This document shows positions 47,517-52,138 of a stretch of DNA of 52,138 bases, piece by piece (the first letter of the stretch is position 1; each line of letters starts with the position of its first letter). Under the pieces are notes generated by a model, which saw only the letters and a list, made by a program, of their open reading frames with translations, searched no databases and was not told the origin of the DNA. The stretch is taken from the NCBI GenBank assembly GCA_026026165.1, contig JAPEUD010000110.1:1-52138 (forward strand). Direction: 5' to 3'. The position numbers and the translations under genes were made by a program. Origin of the DNA: Sarea resinae. Lineage: Eukaryota.

Positions 47517-50500
47517 ATGTTGTCATCTAGCACGCCTGGCCCAAGCTGGGCGGCGCTGGCCGTTGTTCTGTCCGTCCTCTGCTCGTTCTTTACGCCACTG
47601 GGTAAGTTCCTACTGGAGAGAGTCTCCGAATGGAGTGCAATGCACGCCGAATATGCCGCTGATAATCTTATTCAGTGGCGGTGAAGCATGAAAACTTCAA
47701 GACTTGCGAGCAGTCCGGCTTCTGCAAACGGAACAGAGCATATGCCGACATCGCGTCTTCTCATGGCTCTTCCTGGGAAGCTCCGTACGGACTCGACCCT
47801 AAGTCTATCTCCTTCGACAAGGGTCGATTGACGGGGACGATCCTAAAGAACGTCCGGGACGGGGAGACGGTCCGGCTACCTCTCACCATTTCTTTCCTCG
47901 AATCCGGTACTGCGAGGGTAACTGTCGACGAGGAAAAGCGACAGAAGGGAGAAATCGAGCTGCGACACAATAGCAAGGCGCGAAAGGAGAGATATAATGA
48001 AGCAGCTTCGTGGGCCCTGGTTGGCGGGCTCTCTCTTAGCAAGACTGCTACTTTGAGCAATCAGAAGGAGGCTGGTGTCTCGAGAGTGGCATACGGGCCG
48101 AACAACAAGTACGAAGCTGTGATTCGACATTTGCCTTTTGGCGTCGATTTCAAGAGCAATGACGAAACTCATGTGAAGCTGAATGATCGAGGACTCATGA
48201 ACATTGAGCATTGGAGGCCAAAGGTCGAAAAGGAGAAGAAGGAAGGCGAGGAAACTTCTACAGATGTTGAAGACGAGAGTACTTGGTGGGAGGAGACATT
48301 TGGTGGAAATACGGACTCGAAACCTAGGGGCCCGGAAAGTGTAGCCTTGGACGTGTCCTTCCCTGGATACGATCACGTCTTTGGGATCCCAGAGCATGCG
48401 GGGCCTCTATCCCTAAAGGAAACACGGTATGGCTGCCTGGTAATGAATTTGTCAATCCGGTACTAATTATCATCTGCAGGGGTGGCTCTGGCAACTATGA
48501 TCAACCGTACCGCTTGTACAACAGCGATGTCTTCGAGTATGAAATGGATAGTCCGATGACTTTGTACGGTGCCATACCGTTGATGCAGGCGCATCGAAAA
48601 GACTCGACGGTCGGCGTCCTATGGCTCAATGGCGCAGAAACATGGATAGACATTGTCAAGGCGAAAACATCGAGCCACCCCCTCAGTCTGGGTCTCACCG
48701 GCCGAACAGATACACAAACGCATTGGTTCTCCGAGAGCGGGCTCATGGATGTCTTTGTCTTCCTTGGCCCGTCTCCGACGGATCTCGCGAAAGCCTACGG
48801 AGAATTGACAGGATTCACCCAATTACCCCAACAATTCGCCATTGCCTACCATCAGTGCAGATGGAATTATGTTACTGACGAGGACGTCAAGGATGTTGAT
48901 CGCAAGTTCGACAAGCACGATATCCCGTATGATGTCATATGGCTTGATATTGAGTATACAGACGGCAAAAAGTACTTTACTTGGGATGCTTTGACATTTA
49001 GCGACCCCATTGGCATGCAGAAGCAACTCGACGAAAGGGACAGGAAGCTGGTGGCAATCATCGATCCCCACATAAAAAATGAAGGTGGCTATCACGTTGT
49101 CAGCGAGTTGAAGAGTAAAGAATTGGCGGTAAAGAACAAAGACGATAACATCTATGAGGGTTGGTGCTGGCCTGGCTCCTCCCATTGGGTCGACTGCTTC
49201 AATCCAGCTGCAATCACATGGTGGAAAACCCTCTTTAAGTATGACTCCTGGAAGGGTACGGCGCCGAACACCTTCATCTGGAATGACATGAACGAACCTT
49301 CCGTCTTCAATGGTCCGGAAACCACGATGCCAAAGGACAACATTCATTATGGCAATTGGGAACACCGTGACGTCCACAACATCAATGGCTTGACCTTTGT
49401 CAACGCAACCTACCAGGCCATGCTCGAGCGCAAGAAGGGCGAGCTTCGTCGTCCGTTCGTACTGACGCGCTCCTTCTTCGTTGGAAGCCAACGCATGGGT
49501 GCCATGTGGACGGGCGACAACCAAGCCCACTGGGACCACCTCGCCGCTTCAATCCCCATGATTCTCAATAACGGCATCTCGGGCTTTCCTTTTGCCGGCG
49601 CAGACGTTGGTGGCTTCTTCGGCAACCCTAGCAAAGAACTCTTGACGCGCTGGTACCAGGCCGGCACCTTCTACCCCTTCTTCCGCGGCCATGCCCACAT
49701 CGACACTCGTCGCAGGGAACCCTACCTGGCCGGCGAACCCTACACGGGCATTATCACGCAGGCGCTCCGGCTCCGCTACCAGCTGCTCCCGGCCTGGTAC
49801 ACGGCCTTCCACGAAGCCAGCGTCAACGGCACGCCTATCGTCCGGCCTCTCTTCTTCACGCATCCCCACGACGAGCGCGGCTTCGCCATCGACGACCAAT
49901 TCTACATCGGCAGTACCGGGCTCCTGGCCAAGCCAGTCACCGCCGAGGGTGCCACCACGGTCGACATCTACATCCCTGACGACGGCCAGCCGTATTACGA
50001 TTACTTCGACTATACCGTCTACCCCGCCGGCTCGTCGGGCGTCAAGACCATCGCTGCCCCGCTCGATAAGATACCGCTCCTCATGCAGGGCGGCCACATC
50101 ATCCCGCGTCGCGATCGTCCGCGCCGCAGCTCGGGCCTGATGCGCTGGGATCCGTTCACCTTGGTCGTGGCGCTGGATAAGGAGGGAAATGCCGAGGGCA
50201 CCTTGTATCTCGATGATGGCGAGACGTTTGATTTCCAACAGGGAGCCTTTATCCATCGGAGATTCAGCTTCTCTACCACCTCCTCTTCGTCCTCGGTCCT
50301 CACATCCGACGACCTCGCCGCATCCGCCAAGGGCCCAAAGACGGCCGCATACCTCAAATCCATGTCTGGCGTCCGGGTGGAGAAAATCGTCATCGTCGGC
50401 GCCCCCGCCTCCTGGGCGACCAAGTCGGACGTCTCCATCGAGGAAGAAAATGTCAAGGGCAGCAAGGGCGGCCACCAGTCGAGGAAAGCCAGCCTGGCTT

Positions 50501-50610
50501 ATCGCGGCGGTGGTGGCACCGGCGCTGGCGAAGACAAGGATAAGGCTGGTTGGGCTGTGGTCCGAGATCCTGGCGTCCCTATAGGAGGAGCGTGGAAGAT
50601 TGCGTTTTAA
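47517..50610 (+). CDS. ROT2: ER glucosidase II alpha subunit (GH31)
   Basis: Signal peptide, FKTCEQSGFCKRNR, WWEETFGGNTDSKPRGPE, YHQCRWNY, IWLDIEY, WNDMNEPSVF (nucleophile), WTGDN, GADVGGFFGNP and FFRGHAH. Introns 47602-47675 and 48427-48479. Confidence 0.95.
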
Positions 50611-50681
50611 GCTTTTGTTTCTTCTTCTCATTTGTTGGTATGGGGTGCTGGGGTTATTTATAGTCATATCTATCTATGTCT

Positions 50682-50743
50682 CGCTCTCTCTCTCTCTCTC
50701 TCTCTCTATCTAGCTATATAGATAGATAGGTAGGTAGGTAGGT
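50682..50743. repeat. (CT)n / (GATA)n / (GGTA)n microsatellite cluster
   Basis: Direct inspection of the spacer between two convergent 3' ends. Confidence 0.8.
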
Positions 50744-51262
50744 ATGAGATGGTGCTAGCTGTGCTGTACTGTTCTATGCGGTGAGAAGACTCGCAATGAA
50801 ATCTGATATATAGAGAGAGCTGTTTTCGTACATGTCAGTGGAAGTAAAAGTGAGTAAGTGGGTGAGTGAGTAAGTGGGTGAGTTGTAAGACAGGACAAGA
50901 CAAGATGATAGCATCTCAAGAGGTCTGAATGTGAATCTGAGTCTCGGTCTGAGCCTCGGTCTGAACCTAGATAAGATGATTGGTTAGGATAGGGTAGGAT
51001 AGAAAACTCAGCCCAGCCCCTCCTGTTCTTTCTATTTGAACTATGTAGCTAAGGGAAGGGAAGGGAAGGAAAGGAAAGGGGCAGATCAGCTACTCGCCGT
51101 CCTAGAGTCCCAGAAGCTACGCCAATTCTTGTTAGGTTTATAAACTATATTAATAGCTATCGCCACAGGCACAGGAACAGCCACAGCCGTATCCATTATA
51201 TTGTATTCATACATACGAGCCACTAACATAACATAACCGATCCTGCAATATATATATTCTTT

Positions 51263-52138
51263 TCAACGGCCCACGCCCACCATGCCCTGGACTTGCTCCG
51301 CGCCAACGGTATCCCCAAGCACGCCCGCCTTCTTCAAGACGCCGACCGTCTTCTCGACCACGGCGACGTCGACGCCCTGCGTGCCGCCCTGCGTGCCGGG
51401 CGTCGTCGTCGTCGTCGTCGTCGTCGTCGGCGTCGCGAACCGCACCGTCTTCAGCCACGCGCGCGCGTCCTCGGCCGAGTAGTCCAGCGCCGTGGAGATG
51501 TAGGCCACGGCCTCGTCCGGGTGCGAGAGGAAGTGCGAGATGCCGCTGTCCAGGGCGGTGAAGAGGTGCGTGAGGGCTTGTTGGTCTTTGTCTTTGTTAT
51601 CATTGCTGCTGTTGGGACTGTTCAGGCTGGGAAAGGTGGCGGTTGAGGCGACGATCAGCCAGCTCGGCCACGGCGTGTAGATCTCGCCCAGCCGCTTCAG
51701 CTCGCCGTTGTCGTAGTACCGCTTCGTGGTGAAGTGCTCCCACATGAAGAAGTCGGCTGTGCGGTCTGTCACTGCCTGGCGCAGGGAGGCGAATGTCTGC
51801 AGCGGAGTTGGCGTCGGTGGCGCCCCTGATGTTGCTGCGGCTCCTGTTGTTGACGAGGACGAGGACGAGGACGAGGGACTTGGTAGCCAGCCATGCGTGT
51901 CGGCCAGTACGGACCCCATGATGTGCGAGCCGCTGCCGAGACGACTGACGCCCATCTTTGAGCCCGCGAGCTGCGACACCGATGTGAGTTCGGTTCTGTT
52001 GGCGCCCGTGCTAATGGCCCAGCCTGCGAAGAGAGAGGAAAAAATGTCAGTCAATTCACGCATTTGCTTTCCTTCTTTTTCCAATTCCAGTGAATCGATC
52101 ATTCCTTTCCGTGCCCTCCTAAAAGTACTTCCTTACCC
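51263..52138 (-). CDS. Periplasmic-binding-protein type-2 fold protein (NMT1/THI5-like, Ca3427-like); 5' end outside the window
   Basis: WAISTG, GVSRLGSGSHIM and ADFFMWEHFTTKRYYDNGELKRLGEIYTPWPSW. Last exon 52023-51263, intron 52136-52024. Confidence 0.7.

Overview
This is a gene-dense, intron-containing region of a filamentous ascomycete (Pezizomycotina) genome. It carries conserved housekeeping genes: CRD1, POS5, TAD3, CAB2, ELP4, ADE16/17, RIB7, a PPT2/AcpS-type PPTase, ARH1, ISD11/LYRM4, URA3/pyrG, ADE5,7, LYS1, glucosidase II alpha and a truncated periplasmic-binding-protein-like gene. It also has two uncharacterised multi-exon genes. The standout is a structurally complete 8,153-bp DNA transposon at 29208-37360 that the ORF track barely shows because RIP-type mutation has wrecked its frames. 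It has 21-bp TIRs, a perfect 9-bp TSD (TGGGATTCG) and hairpin-rich subterminal repeats. It holds three decayed genes: a RecQ-like SF2 helicase (+), an Academ-type DDE transposase (-) and a third gene (+) with a Zn2Cys6-like motif and coiled coil. This fits an AcademH-type element with extra cargo, inserted about 280 bp upstream of ISD11 within an apparent neighbourhood of mitochondrial Fe-S/ACP/NADPH genes. All calls come from manual translation and motif recognition; no searches were run.
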